A program made the translations under genes and the position numbers. Positions 9,463 through 19,891 of a DNA stretch of 64,000 nucleotides are shown here, one piece after another; within the stretch, counting starts at the first letter, position 1; each line of letters opens with the position of its first letter. The DNA is taken from positions 1,645,639 to 1,709,638 of the forward strand of contig CBDFFW010000001.1 in NCBI GenBank assembly GCA_965246945.1, written 5' to 3'. Under the pieces are notes generated by a model that had not been told where the DNA came from, searched no databases, and was given only the letters and a program-made list of their open reading frames with translations. Origin of the DNA: Alphaproteobacteria bacterium (GTDB taxonomy: Bacteria; Pseudomonadota; Alphaproteobacteria; UBA11073).

Positions 9463-10500
9463 CTACATCTTCACTTTCGGCAAACCACCAGCCGTCAGCC
9501 AATTGCTGACTAAACTGGCGGTATAATCCACCATGGGAATGATACGGCCATAATTTAAGCGGGTGGGACCAATCACTCCAACTGCACCCACCACTTGCTG
9601 CTGCGTATCCTGCAATGGGGCAATGATTAGGCTGCAACCCGTATAATCGAATAAGGTATTTTCGCTGCCGATAAAAATTTGAATACCTTCTGCTTGCTGG
9701 GTGAGTTCAAGCAAACGCAGCATGGTTTCTTCCTGTTCTAAAATACCGAACAAACTTTTGATGCGGTCCAAATCATCCAACGAGCGCACACTATCCAACA
9801 GATGGGTTTGCCCACGCACAATCAGTTGATTACCGCCGCCGCCGCCCCAAGCCGCCAACCCTTCACTAATCATCTGCGCCGTGATGGTATCCAGCGCGCT
9901 GCGGTGGTTTTGAATATCCTGTTGCAGCGTTAAACGCACATGATCCATTTGCTGACCGATTAACCGCGTGGCCAGATGATGCGCGGCTTGCTGTAAAGTC
10001 GCCAGTGGCACACCAAGCGGCACATCAATTAACCGATTTTCAATCCGATCATCGCTATCCACCAGAATGACCAGCGCCCGTTGTCCGGCCAGCGGCACAA
10101 TTTCTAAATGTTTTAAAGTTGCGTTGGTTTTGGGGACGGCAATCATACCGGCACAGGCGGCCAAACCGGCCAGGCGTTCAGTAGCCAAGCGCAACGGGTC
10201 CTGAGCCGGTTGCTGCAGCGCAGTCAGCGCGGCTTCTTCTTCCAGATTAAGTGGCCGTTTTTCGAGTAAGCCATCCACAAAAAAGCGCAGGCCAGCTTCG
10301 GTGGGCAGCCGCCCAGCCGAGGTATGCGGCGCATAAAGCAAACCTGCGGTTTCTAAATCAGCCAATAAATTACGCACAGTGGCCGGTGATAATTTCAACG
10401 CCATCTGCTCGACCAAGGTTTTTGAGCCAATGGGCGCACCGGTCGTTAAATAAGCTTCAACCAGTAAACGCATAATTTGTTGAAGGCGATCTGGGAGCAT
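9463..10500 (-). CDS. hrcA: Heat-inducible transcription repressor HrcA
   Basis: N-terminal winged-helix LLVEAYLTTGAPIGSKTL. HrcA C-terminal domain. hrcA-grpE synteny. Confidence 0.9.
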   Translation of the reverse strand: MLPDRLQQIMRLLVEAYLTTGAPIGSKTLVEQMALKLSPATVRNLLADLETAGLLYAPHTSAGRLPTEAGLRFFVDGLLEKRPLNLEEEAALTALQQPAQDPLRLATERLAGLAACAGMIAVPKTNATLKHLEIVPLAGQRALVILVDSDDRIENRLIDVPLGVPLATLQQAAHHLATRLIGQQMDHVRLTLQQDIQNHRSALDTITAQMISEGLAAWGGGGGNQLIVRGQTHLLDSVRSLDDLDRIKSLFGILEQEETMLRLLELTQQAEGIQIFIGSENTLFDYTGCSLIIAPLQDTQQQVVGAVGVIGPTRLNYGRIIPMVDYTASLVSNWLTAGGLPKVKM

Positions 10501-10534
10501 GAAGCGATTAAAGCATAAAAAATGTTAGCAATCT

Positions 10535-10576
10535 AAATATTAAAAAAGCACGCTGGCCGAAACCAACGTGCTTTCT
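10535..10576 (-). terminator. Rho-independent terminator downstream of the lysine-rich gene
   Basis: On the minus strand: stem GAAAGCACG, a 14-nt loop, stem CGTGCTTTT, followed by TTTAATATTT. This is a GC-containing stem plus a U-tract. Confidence 0.55.
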
Positions 10577-10605
10577 AAAACTAAATCTGGCGAACCAGCG
10601 TTAAG

Positions 10606-11016
10606 TTACTTGGTTACTGCTGGAGCAACTTGTTCTTTGGTATCAACAACAGTTTTGCCGTTAACAACTTTTTTGGTTTCTTTAACGTTCTTACCATCTT
10701 CAACTTTGGTTTTCACTTCAGTTTTGGTTTTCTGTTCGTTGAACAAACCTTTAGGGTCAGTTACTTCTTCTTTAACCGCTTTGGTTTCGACGTTACCTTT
10801 GCTGTCAACATTTACATCGGTTTTCTTTTCAGCAGACATGGTGGTGCCAGCAGAATCTTTCTGCACGTCTTTAGACGTTTGGGTGTAGCTACCGTTGTCG
10901 TCTTTAACTTCAACTTTTGCTTCGTGTTTAGCAGCTGGTTTGTCAGCAGCGAAAGCAGCAGGTGCCGCAGCGATGGCAGCAACAGCAGCAAGGGTCAAAA
11001 GAGATTTCATGTTCAT
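10606..11016 (-). CDS. Secreted lysine/threonine/valine-rich low-complexity protein of unknown function
   Basis: Signal peptide MNMKSLLTLAAVAAIAAAPAAFA. The mature part is highly charged with degenerate repeats (KxExKxxV, TKTEVKTKVEDGKNVKETKKVVNGKTVVDTKEQ). The antisense Phe-rich ORF is an artefact. Confidence 0.6.
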   Translation of the reverse strand: MNMKSLLTLAAVAAIAAAPAAFAADKPAAKHEAKVEVKDDNGSYTQTSKDVQKDSAGTTMSAEKKTDVNVDSKGNVETKAVKEEVTDPKGLFNEQKTKTEVKTKVEDGKNVKETKKVVNGKTVVDTKEQVAPAVTK

Positions 11017-11169
11017 AGTAATTTGCCTTGGTTGGAAGGTAGGACTTAAAGATACCGCATTTGAAAAATTTTTGAAGTTAATTTTCGGTAATCGGCTGCC
11101 ATAACGCGTTACGATTTTTTAATCTAAAACAATTTATGCTTATTATTAAATAAACTGTTTGCAGATAAA

Positions 11170-11198
11170 TTGACTAGACCAGTCGAATACGCTATTAT
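11170..11198 (+). promoter_or_regulatory. Sigma70-like promoter of the phd-vapC module, predicting a leaderless mRNA
   Basis: TTGACT, a 17-nt spacer, TATTAT. The -10 ends 6 nt before ATG 11205, so the transcription start would coincide with the start codon. Confidence 0.5.
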
Positions 11199-11204
11199 CT
11201 TTAA

Positions 11205-11471
<267 letters not shown>

Positions 11472-11472
11472 C

Positions 11473-11895
11473 ATGAATTTTGTTTTAGACAATTCATTTT
11501 TGGTGAGTGGTCTAGTGCCCGACGAAGCACATGCTGACACCGAGTCATTATTCGAAATGTTTGAGAAAGAAAAACATAAAATTTATGTGCCTGCTGTTTT
11601 TTGGCCTGAATATTTAAATGTTATGCTGAATGCCTTAAAGAAAAATCGGATCACCATTAACCATCTAGAAAATTTCTCGGCCATTATAAATGGGTTCAAT
11701 ATTACAGTTTATATACCTTCTAATGATTTGAATTGGCACATACAAAAAGTATTGCCATTGGCCCAAAAATATAAGTTAACCGCTTATGATGCCAGTTATC
11801 TGGCAGTTGCATTGGAAACCAAAGCAACATTGGCAACGTTTGATAAAGCGTTAATGACCGCTGCAAAAGCTGCCAAAATCCCGCTTTTTATTTAA
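11473..11895 (+). CDS. vapC: VapC-like PIN-domain toxin (ribonuclease)
   Basis: Starts MNFVLDNSFLV with the first PIN acidic residue in VLDNS. Further acidic residues fit the PIN spacing (E in WPEYLN, D in TAYDASYL, D in TFDKAL). The longer ORF from 11425 seems unlikely to be real. Confidence 0.8.
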   Translation: MNFVLDNSFLVSGLVPDEAHADTESLFEMFEKEKHKIYVPAVFWPEYLNVMLNALKKNRITINHLENFSAIINGFNITVYIPSNDLNWHIQKVLPLAQKYKLTAYDASYLAVALETKATLATFDKALMTAAKAAKIPLFI

Positions 11896-11937
11896 TTTTG
11901 GTATTTCTTTTAATCATTAAATTAATGAATTTAGTAG

Positions 11938-12501
11938 TTACCAAATATTAGGATTTTCAGCAGTGTTACCAGTTGTCATAGGTACAACATTGGCAAAATT
12001 AGGTGTGTCTTTTCTTATTAAAAATATTTTTAAGGCAACATGAACTAAATCAGAAAATGCGTCTTGGGCGGCTATAACTGTTGGATCGGCAAAATCATTT
12101 ACTTTTTGAACATGCAAGCTTCCATCAACATTTGGCAATACGATATGACTAATAAAGCATGGAGCAACATATTCTTTTTCTAGCAAATGTTCAGGCACGT
12201 CACCCGCAAGTTGCGGTTTATCAACTGTCAACCTATCCAATACACGATGTATGCTAACAGGAACATCTATAATGATTCCAATCACACCCACTTTGAAAAG
12301 CATTCCTATAGCTGGGGGCACTTCTTTTGATTTTACCAAATATGCCAGTACCTGTTCGTTTGTCGCAAAACCGTGCGTTGTCTGGCTGATATGGGCGTTA
12401 AAAAGTAAGCCATATTTTTTAATGCTAGGCGCTAAAAAATGATGGGTAAGATGCACCAATCTAGCATGCCCATCAGGGATATCAGTTAAAATTGTATCCA
12501 T
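11938..12501 (-). CDS. Hypothetical protein in the AT-rich islet
   Basis: Uninterrupted 187-aa frame, convergent with vapC. No motif recognised. Confidence 0.4.
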   Translation of the reverse strand: MDTILTDIPDGHARLVHLTHHFLAPSIKKYGLLFNAHISQTTHGFATNEQVLAYLVKSKEVPPAIGMLFKVGVIGIIIDVPVSIHRVLDRLTVDKPQLAGDVPEHLLEKEYVAPCFISHIVLPNVDGSLHVQKVNDFADPTVIAAQDAFSDLVHVALKIFLIRKDTPNFANVVPMTTGNTAENPNIW

Positions 12502-12602
12502 TATATTTTTTTTGGATATAGCTTGACATTATTTTATTAAGATAAAGTTAATTCATAGTGAAAGCTTTTAAAATTTCGCTTTTTGCCTAATATAACGGCC
12601 AA

Positions 12603-15260
12603 ATGTCTGACAGCCGTTATAATATCAAAACCACCGAAGCCAAATGGCAGCAACGGTGGACTGAAGCCAAAAGCTTTGAGACACCGCTGGCGCCCGATCA
12701 CAGCAAAAAGAAATATTATGTGCTGGAAATGTTCCCCTACCCATCGGGCAATATTCATATGGGGCATGTGCGCAATTATACGTTGGGCGATGTGATTGCG
12801 CGGTGGAAGCGCGCCGAAGGGTATAATGTGCTGCATCCGATGGGCTGGGATGCGTTTGGCCTACCCGCCGAAAATGCCGCGTTTGATAATAAAATGCATC
12901 CGGCGGCGTGGACGAAACAGAATATCGCGCATATGCGGGACCAGTTGCAGGGCATGGGCTTAGCGCTTGATTGGGCACGCGAGGTCGCAACTTGTGATGC
13001 GGATTATTACCAGCACGAACAAAAAATGTTTTTGGATTTTTTGAAAGAAGGTTTGGCCTATCGCAAAGAGAGCTGGGTGAATTGGGACCCAGTGGAAAAC
13101 ACCGTTTTGGCCAATGAGCAAGTGGTGGATGGTAAAGGCTGGCGCAGTGCCGCGCCGGTTGAACGACGCAAGCTGAATCAATGGGTGCTGAAAATTACGG
13201 AATATGCGGATGATTTATTATCCGCGCTGGCCACCCTGCCCCGCTGGCCGGAAAAAGTGCGGCTGATGCAGGAAAACTGGATCGGTAAATCGCGCGGTTT
13301 GCAATTCAAATGGGATGTGGTGGGCAGCGATCAGCAAATTGATGTGTATACCACGCGGCCCGATACGTTATTTGGTGCATCATTCTTGGCCTTGGCAGTT
13401 GATCACCCATTGGCGCAGCAATTATGCGCAGACAAACCAGGCTTTGCCGAATTTGTGCAGCAATGCCGCGCGCAAGGCACTTCGGAAGCCGCCATTGAAC
13501 AAGCCGAAAAACTGGGCTTTAATACCAGTTTTACTGCCAGCACGCCATTATTGCCGGGCAAGCAGTTCCCCATTTATATCGCCAATTTCGTGTTGATGGA
13601 ATACGGCACCGGCGCGATATTTGCTGTGCCCGCGCATGACCAGCGCGATTTGGATTTTGCCAACAAATATGGCCTGCCCGTCACGCCCGTGGTATTACCG
13701 CCCGATGCCGAACCGGCCGATGTTAAAATCGGCAAAGATGCCTATTTAGGCACCGGTAAAATTTTTAATTCTGATTTCTTGAATGGTTTGGCAATTGAAG
13801 AAGCGAAAGCCGTGTGTATTGCCAAAGCCGAAGAAGTAGGTTGCGGCGCTGGCACCACGCAATATCGCCTGCGTGATTGGGGCGTAAGCCGCCAACGCTA
13901 TTGGGGTTGCCCGATCCCGATTATGTACCGCGTATCGGACGGTAAAATGATTCCCGTGCCGGCCGAGCAATTACCGGTGAAGCTGCCGGAAGATGTAAAT
14001 TTTGACGAACCTGGCAACCCGCTCGATCGCCACCCCACTTGGAAATACACTATTTGCCCCGAAACGGGCGAACCCGCCATTCGCGAAACCGATACGTTTG
14101 ATACGTTTTTTGAAAGCAGCTGGTATTTCGCGCGCTTTACCGATCCGCACAATGCGGCCAAACCGTTTGATAAAAACATCGCCAATTATTGGCTGCCGGT
14201 CGATCAATATATCGGCGGCGTGGAACATGCCGTGCTGCATTTGCTCTATGCCCGTTTCTTCACGCGCGCGATGCAGCAATGCGGGTATTTGGATGTCGCC
14301 GAACCTTTTGCCGGCTTGTTTACGCAAGGGATGATTGCGCATGAGACGTATCAAAACGATAAAGGCGAATGGGTTTTCCCTGATAAAGTGGTGAAGGACG
14401 AAAAAGGCAATTTCGTACTGATTGACAGTGGTGCACCGGTGAAGGTTGGCCCCTCCATCAAAATGTCAAAATCCAAAAAAAATGTGATTGACCCCGCCGC
14501 GATGATTGAGCTGTATGGCGCGGATGCGATCCGTCTGTTCATTCTGTCCGACAGCCCGCCCGAGCGTGATCTGGAATGGACCATCACTGGGGTGGATGGC
14601 GCGTGGCGCTATGTCAACCGCCTGCACCGGTTGGTGCATGATGCTTTGGAAAAATTGCCCGTCGCTGGCACATCAATGCCGAATGAATTCGGTGTCGCTG
14701 CCCAGGAACTCCGCATCAAAGCGCATCAAACCATCGCCGCGTTGACCAAAAATTTGGAAGATTTCCACATCAACAAAGCCGTCGCCCGCCTGCGCGAATT
14801 AAGTAATGCCGCCGAAGAATTTGCCAAACTTTGTCATCCTCGCGGTAGCGCCGCGGGGATCCAAAATAACGTAGATGGATCCCCAGCGCAGTGCGCTGAG
14901 TATGACACTGTGAGTAACGCATGGACCCTGCGCGAGGCTTTGGAAATTATCGTGCGTTTGGCACAACCGATGATGCCGCATTTGGCCGAAGAATTATGGG
15001 AAATGCTGAGTCACAGCAATTGGCTGACTGAAGCGCCTTGGCCAGTGGCTGATGCCAGCCTGCTGGTTAGTGACACCGTCAACATCACCGTGCAAATCAA
15101 CGGTAAAGTGCGAGCCACATTAATTATGCCGAAAGGCACGGATAAATCAGCTTTGGAAATCACTGCATTGGCCGATAGCAATGTGCAAAAATATTTGGCC
15201 GGTGCCATCCCCAAAAAAATTATCGTGGTGCCCGATAAAGTAGTGAATTTTGTGGTTTAA
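12603..15260 (+). CDS. leuS: Leucyl-tRNA synthetase
   Basis: HIGH motif [16 protein letters not shown] motif, CP1 editing domain. At 885 aa it is a typical bacterial LeuRS. Confidence 0.95.
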   Translation: MSDSRYNIKTTEAKWQQRWTEAKSFETPLAPDHSKKKYYVLEMFPYPSGNIHMGHVRNYTLGDVIARWKRAEGYNVLHPMGWDAFGLPAENAAFDNKMHPAAWTKQNIAHMRDQLQGMGLALDWAREVATCDADYYQHEQKMFLDFLKEGLAYRKESWVNWDPVENTVLANEQVVDGKGWRSAAPVERRKLNQWVLKITEYADDLLSALATLPRWPEKVRLMQENWIGKSRGLQFKWDVVGSDQQIDVYTTRPDTLFGASFLALAVDHPLAQQLCADKPGFAEFVQQCRAQGTSEAAIEQAEKLGFNTSFTASTPLLPGKQFPIYIANFVLMEYGTGAIFAVPAHDQRDLDFANKYGLPVTPVVLPPDAEPADVKIGKDAYLGTGKIFNSDFLNGLAIEEAKAVCIAKAEEVGCGAGTTQYRLRDWGVSRQRYWGCPIPIMYRVSDGKMIPVPAEQLPVKLPEDVNFDEPGNPLDRHPTWKYTICPETGEPAIRETDTFDTFFESSWYFARFTDPHNAAKPFDKNIANYWLPVDQYIGGVEHAVLHLLYARFFTRAMQQCGYLDVAEPFAGLFTQGMIAHETYQNDKGEWVFPDKVVKDEKGNFVLIDSGAPVKVGPSIKMSKSKKNVIDPAAMIELYGADAIRLFILSDSPPERDLEWTITGVDGAWRYVNRLHRLVHDALEKLPVAGTSMPNEFGVAAQELRIKAHQTIAALTKNLEDFHINKAVARLRELSNAAEEFAKLCHPRGSAAGIQNNVDGSPAQCAEYDTVSNAWTLREALEIIVRLAQPMMPHLAEELWEMLSHSNWLTEAPWPVADASLLVSDTVNITVQINGKVRATLIMPKGTDKSALEITALADSNVQKYLAGAIPKKIIVVPDKVVNFVV

Positions 15261-15331
15261 GCTGCAATTATTTGACTTAAAATAATAGTTACTTACTTAT
15301 GGCATTATGAACTTACCAATTTATAACGCTA

Positions 15332-15997
15332 ATGAAATTTTTTTATCAAATAGTGACTGCGAATAAACCCATTTGCATACGCAATGCAGTGCCATTTTTA
15401 TTTCGCCTTAAAAAGCCTTTGAAATATTGGGATGGCAAGAAAGTGCATGTTTTTGCCGCTGGCAAAATAATGGTTATTCAACCAGATAAGGATAACGGTT
15501 TGCATACGACTGATCCCGCCTTGCATGAATTAAAAGGGAAATGGAACGGCCATTTCAATCCACTCAATTTTTTTAGTGCCGCCCGAGCAGCCCGCCGAAC
15601 CCATGCGGCAATTACTTCACAAGAAAAAATAAAACGGGTTTTTAGCAAATTAGAACAACAATACCATAAACTAGATGCCGAAATAATTGGCTGGGCACCA
15701 TCAACCAGTCAAATGGTGATTATGCGCATTCCTGAAACCATGGCTGGCGCAACGCTTTTGCAGCCGAATTGGGGAACCAATGAAAAGCAAATCATTGATC
15801 CTGCGAAGCAGGTATTCGCAGTTGTTCTAGGTGAAAAACCAGATTGTTACGTTTTTGATATAGAGAAATTGGTAACCTGGTCTATTAAAGGAAAATCTGA
15901 ATTAACAATTAAGCAAATGCTGGCGCAACTGCCCATATTGGATAGCAGTATTTTAACGCCTGTTGCGCCAAGTATGCTGCCAGTGCAGGCACCGTAA
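15332..15997 (+). CDS. Hypothetical protein
   Basis: Uninterrupted 221-aa frame with no recognisable motif. The start is uncertain. It overlaps the 5' region of the next gene only in the long-ORF interpretation. Confidence 0.35.
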   Translation: MKFFYQIVTANKPICIRNAVPFLFRLKKPLKYWDGKKVHVFAAGKIMVIQPDKDNGLHTTDPALHELKGKWNGHFNPLNFFSAARAARRTHAAITSQEKIKRVFSKLEQQYHKLDAEIIGWAPSTSQMVIMRIPETMAGATLLQPNWGTNEKQIIDPAKQVFAVVLGEKPDCYVFDIEKLVTWSIKGKSELTIKQMLAQLPILDSSILTPVAPSMLPVQAP

Positions 15998-16049
15998 AAA
16001 TTTTATTTGGTCACAAACATCGCTAGAATTTTGTGCTATAATATCGTGT

Positions 16050-17021
16050 ATGGATGCAAAACTGCCGCTGGAGCTGACCCTTGCAAATGTGGCGGCAGCG
16101 CTAGCGCGGTTGCAGCCTTATATTCGGCAAACGCCAGCTTTTGATTGGCCGTCAGCTTTTTTAGCAGATCATAATATTAGCATTTCGGTAAAGTTTGAGC
16201 TGTGGCAGATTACGCATACGTTCAAACCGCGCGGTGCGATTAATGTATTATTGAACACGCCGCCTGAACAATTGCAAAACGGCATTGTGGCGCAAAGCCG
16301 TGGTAATCACGCCATTGCGGTGGCTTATGCGGCGAAAACTTTGGGCTATCACGCCAAAGTGGTGATTCCCGAAACGGCACCTTTATTGCGCCGCCAACGG
16401 TGTGAGGCTTATGGTGCGGAAGTTGTTTTGGTGCCGGATATGCCCGCTGCCTTTGCAAAGGCGGATGAGATTATCGCGCAGGAAGTTCGTCTCCGCATTC
16501 ACCCCTATGAAGGCATTTACACCAGCCAGGGCACGGCGACGATTGCTTTCGAATGGGCGCAGCAAGCGGGCAATTTCGATGCGGTAATAATTCCAATGGG
16601 TGGCGGTGGTTTGATTTCCGGCATGGCGGCGGTGTTTCAACAGTTGAATCCCAATTGCAAAATTTACGGGATTGAAGCAGCTGGCGCACCGTTACTTTAT
16701 GAAGCGCGGCAAACCAATTCACTGGTGCGCTTAAATGAACTGAACACTATCGCCGATTCCATCGCCGTGCCGCAAACCACGCCGATTACTTTCAGTCTAA
16801 TCCAAGATTATGTGGATGAGATTGTGCTGGTGAGTGATGCGGAACTCAAAACCGCTATGCGGTTGATCTGGGAAGAATGGCAATTGGCGGTTGAGCCCGC
16901 TTGCGCGGCCGCCACGGCTGGATTGCTGCAGTTAAAAGAAAAATTACGCGACCAACGCGTCGGCATTATTTTCTGCGGCAGCAATATGGATCCCGCCAAT
17001 TGGCTGAGGTTAACTTTTTAG
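16050..17021 (+). CDS. PLP-dependent threonine/serine dehydratase family enzyme (PALP fold)
   Basis: PLP-lysine motif FKPRGA, glycine-rich loop GGGGLISG, typical length. Start chosen at MDAKLPLE; an extended -10 TGTGCTATAAT lies 9-10 nt upstream. Confidence 0.8.
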   Translation: MDAKLPLELTLANVAAALARLQPYIRQTPAFDWPSAFLADHNISISVKFELWQITHTFKPRGAINVLLNTPPEQLQNGIVAQSRGNHAIAVAYAAKTLGYHAKVVIPETAPLLRRQRCEAYGAEVVLVPDMPAAFAKADEIIAQEVRLRIHPYEGIYTSQGTATIAFEWAQQAGNFDAVIIPMGGGGLISGMAAVFQQLNPNCKIYGIEAAGAPLLYEARQTNSLVRLNELNTIADSIAVPQTTPITFSLIQDYVDEIVLVSDAELKTAMRLIWEEWQLAVEPACAAATAGLLQLKEKLRDQRVGIIFCGSNMDPANWLRLTF

Positions 17022-17079
17022 CTCCGTGTAAATTAGCTTTGTTTCTGCACAGGCATTGGTTTTAAGACGCATGCACCCA

Positions 17080-17853
17080 CTAGTCATGCCAGCGGTAAAC
17101 CAAGCCGCCTACCCATTCTTTCCAAGCACTTTCGAAATGCAGCCAATTAATGGCGATATCCAGTTGATAATTAGCCAGGGGCGGATTGGCAGTTTGGTAA
17201 TCACAGGCATAGGGCAATACCGGCCACCCCACCCGTTGAAATTCCGCATAAGCCCGCGGCATATGATAGGCCGAGGTTAACAACACCCATTGCGCCCCAG
17301 CTGCCGGCCGGATTAACTGGTAACTGTCATATGCATTTTCAGCCGTATTGCGGGATTGGGTTTCCAGCTGCAAACGCTGCGGATCACCGCCCATGGCCGC
17401 CCATAACTGGGCAAAAGCCGTTGCTTCACTGGTGGTTTGCCCCAGCAGCTGGCTGGAGCCACCGGTAAACAGCAATTTGGCTTTTGGATAGCGGCGGCTA
17501 AGTGCCACAAAACAGCGCAAGCGGTCTGGGTGTTCACTTAACACCGGTTCATGATAGCTATTGTAAATCGCACTGCGGATCATGCCGCCCAACACGATAA
17601 TCCCATCGACCTGGGCGGGCAGAGCGGCGCGCGGCACCTGGTGTTCAATAGCCTGCAACCAATAATCGCCGATGGGCAGTAAGCCAATCATCAAGGTTAC
17701 CGTAACCGCCAGCAGGCTTACAATTTGGCCAACTTTCTTGACCCGTTCAACATTTGTTAATGCCAGTAAACCGCCCAACCAGGTTAAAACCAGCAAGATA
17801 TGCAATGGATTGCCGAAAACCCGCAAAATTTTAATTGTCAGAAAAAAACTCAT
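17080..17853 (-). CDS. DUF218 / YdcF-ElyC family membrane-anchored protein
   Basis: N-terminal TM helix followed by a DUF218-like core (IIVLGG...LLFTGG...NTAENA...LLTSAYHMPRA). Confidence 0.65.
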   Translation of the reverse strand: MSFFLTIKILRVFGNPLHILLVLTWLGGLLALTNVERVKKVGQIVSLLAVTVTLMIGLLPIGDYWLQAIEHQVPRAALPAQVDGIIVLGGMIRSAIYNSYHEPVLSEHPDRLRCFVALSRRYPKAKLLFTGGSSQLLGQTTSEATAFAQLWAAMGGDPQRLQLETQSRNTAENAYDSYQLIRPAAGAQWVLLTSAYHMPRAYAEFQRVGWPVLPYACDYQTANPPLANYQLDIAINWLHFESAWKEWVGGLVYRWHD

Positions 17854-18000
17854 AATCTTTACAAATCAGATATTTGCCAAATGGTCACGGCAAAAGATTA
17901 CGAATTTTTTATGAACATTTAAAATTTTAGATAAATTCATGCCAGCTTTAATTTTTTGTTCAAACTAATGCGGTACATTAGAAATATAAGAGGCATTTCG

Positions 18001-18852
18001 ATGACAAAAAGTTATATAACCACACTTGCCGAAAAGCTTGCTGAAGCTTGGCACGAAAGCAAAATAAAAGGCGATTTAACCAAAGGCCCATGGGCTGAAC
18101 TTGTTAAAATTGCTCATGCCCAAAAAGGTAAATTTGATGATCGCCTAACTGCCTATCTTGGCGATATAAATGCAAAATTAACCGACAAATTTAATGGTCA
18201 AGGTAAATCAGTAAATGTGACTAAAGTTACTGCGGTAATAGCAGCTATCTTAGCCACTCACAATAATACAAATTTAACTGACATCGGAAATGTTGTTGCA
18301 GGACAGAGATTTGATCAAAGTGTCAAAAGCCGAACAACCAAAATGGATGCAGCATTACAAGCTAAAATTAAAGCTGAACTAAATTTAACTGCTTCAACAC
18401 AACCGGAAAATTCAGGCACTGGTTTCAAAATACCTAAAAAGCCTATCGAGATAATAAAAGTCTCGTCTTTACCCGAAAGAAACATGCAACCTGGAATTCC
18501 AGCTTTACCTGATGTGGGCATGTCTTCGACACGAAGCTTACCATCAAGGCTAACATCATTACCAACTTCGGATATGCCCTCAAGATCTTCGTCAGCTGAA
18601 ATTGCAGGCCTTCCTGGAGAAGTAGGTGTTTTTGCGCAATCAGAAGTGTCACTTGCAGCTCAAAAAGTATCATTGTATCCAAAACACCCCGCTTTGGAAG
18701 ATACTCGAAGAGCTGATTTTAATCAGACCAATCCGTCAGTATTTCCAAGTGGCAGAACTTGGATTGGTGAGATTTTAGATAAACAAATATCTTTGGCACC
18801 AAAAACTCCTCAACCACAACAAGTGGCCGTTGGTCCTCACTCAAAACCATAA
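18001..18852 (+). CDS. Hypothetical protein; helical N-terminal half, Ser/Pro-rich C-terminal half
   Basis: RBS AAGAGG 7 nt upstream of ATG 18001. The C-terminal third is low-complexity S/P/L-rich (SLPSRLTSLPTSDMPSRSSS). No signal peptide. AT-rich. Confidence 0.45.
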   Translation: MTKSYITTLAEKLAEAWHESKIKGDLTKGPWAELVKIAHAQKGKFDDRLTAYLGDINAKLTDKFNGQGKSVNVTKVTAVIAAILATHNNTNLTDIGNVVAGQRFDQSVKSRTTKMDAALQAKIKAELNLTASTQPENSGTGFKIPKKPIEIIKVSSLPERNMQPGIPALPDVGMSSTRSLPSRLTSLPTSDMPSRSSSAEIAGLPGEVGVFAQSEVSLAAQKVSLYPKHPALEDTRRADFNQTNPSVFPSGRTWIGEILDKQISLAPKTPQPQQVAVGPHSKP

Positions 18853-18945
18853 TTCACACTGATAGCAGCGATTATTAATTGGTTATTGTCATAGTGTGAC
18901 GAAAAGTTGCGTAAATGGCGGCAGGCGGGGTAGTCTGCCGGTTAA

Positions 18946-19815
18946 ATGAACTGGATTACCAATTTTGTCCGCCCGAAAATCCGGGCGCTGGTCGGCGCGC
19001 CGAAAAAAGACACACCGGATCATTTATGGACACGCTGCCCCAGTTGCGGCGCGATGCTGCATCACCGCGAGCTGACCGGTAATTTAAATGTCTGCATCCA
19101 TTGCGGGCACCATTTCCGCATCAATGCCAAGCAGCGACTCGCCGTACTTTTCGATAACGGCCAATATGAGTTGCTTGAATTGCCGAAAGTAGCGGTCGAC
19201 CCGTTAAAATTTCGCGACCGCAAACGCTATGCCGAGCGCTTGAAAGACGCGCAAACCACCACCAAATTGCCGGACGCCATTTTGGTAGGTGCAGGCACGA
19301 TTGACGGGCAACCGGCCGTGGTTGCCGCCTTCGCGTTCGAATTCATGGGCGGTTCCATGGGCATGGCGGTGGGTGAAGCCATTGTCACTGCCGCCGAAGC
19401 AGCCGTGAAGCGCGGTGCGGCGCTGATTACAGTACCATCATCCGGCGGGGCGCGTATGCAGGAAGGAATCTTATCGCTCATGCAAATGCCGCGTACCACA
19501 GTCGCCGTGGAAACCGTGAAAGATGCTGGCCTGCCCTATATCGTGTTGCTGACCGACCCCACCACCGGCGGCGTGACCGCCAGTTTTGCCATGCTGGGTG
19601 ATATCCACATTGCCGAACCTGGCTCCGTCATTGGTTTCGCGGGCGCGCGTGTGATTGAAGAAACCATCCGCGCCAAACTCCCTGACGGCTTTCAACGCGC
19701 GGAATATCTCCAGGAACATGGCATGGTCGATCTGGTAGTGCCGCGTGCAGACCTGCAAACGACGATTGGCCGGTTGTTGAGATGCTTTAATGGCAATACT
19801 GCCAAAGCTGCTTAA
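18946..19815 (+). CDS. accD: Acetyl-CoA carboxylase carboxyltransferase beta subunit
   Basis: N-terminal Zn ribbon [26 protein letters not shown]. Carboxyltransferase domain with GGARMQEG. Confidence 0.95.
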   Translation: MNWITNFVRPKIRALVGAPKKDTPDHLWTRCPSCGAMLHHRELTGNLNVCIHCGHHFRINAKQRLAVLFDNGQYELLELPKVAVDPLKFRDRKRYAERLKDAQTTTKLPDAILVGAGTIDGQPAVVAAFAFEFMGGSMGMAVGEAIVTAAEAAVKRGAALITVPSSGGARMQEGILSLMQMPRTTVAVETVKDAGLPYIVLLTDPTTGGVTASFAMLGDIHIAEPGSVIGFAGARVIEETIRAKLPDGFQRAEYLQEHGMVDLVVPRADLQTTIGRLLRCFNGNTAKAA

Positions 19816-19891
19816 CCGCACTTAAAAACTATTAACACTAATATGTGAAATAATTGCGGTAAGGGTGACGAGCCGTTATAGCTAAGGCCAG

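Noticed and set aside
10630-11049. 139-aa Phe/Gly-rich plus-strand ORF, and a 106-aa ORF at 10568-10888
   Set aside because: It lies exactly antisense to the Lys-rich secreted-protein gene. Poly-Lys codons (AAA/AAG) read as TTT/CTT on the other strand. It has no RBS, and the minus-strand gene has a signal peptide and a terminator.
12537-12990. Minus-strand ORFs of 99 and 121 aa at the leuS 5' end
   Set aside because: They overlap the conserved HIGH-motif region of leuS on the opposite strand. There is no support.
15963-16049. Upstream extension of the PLP dehydratase ORF (MRQVCCQCRHRKNFIW...)
   Set aside because: It is Cys/Arg-rich and non-conserved in appearance, and it overlaps the 3' end of the preceding ORF. 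The conserved protein begins at MDAKLPLE, downstream of a TATAAT box.
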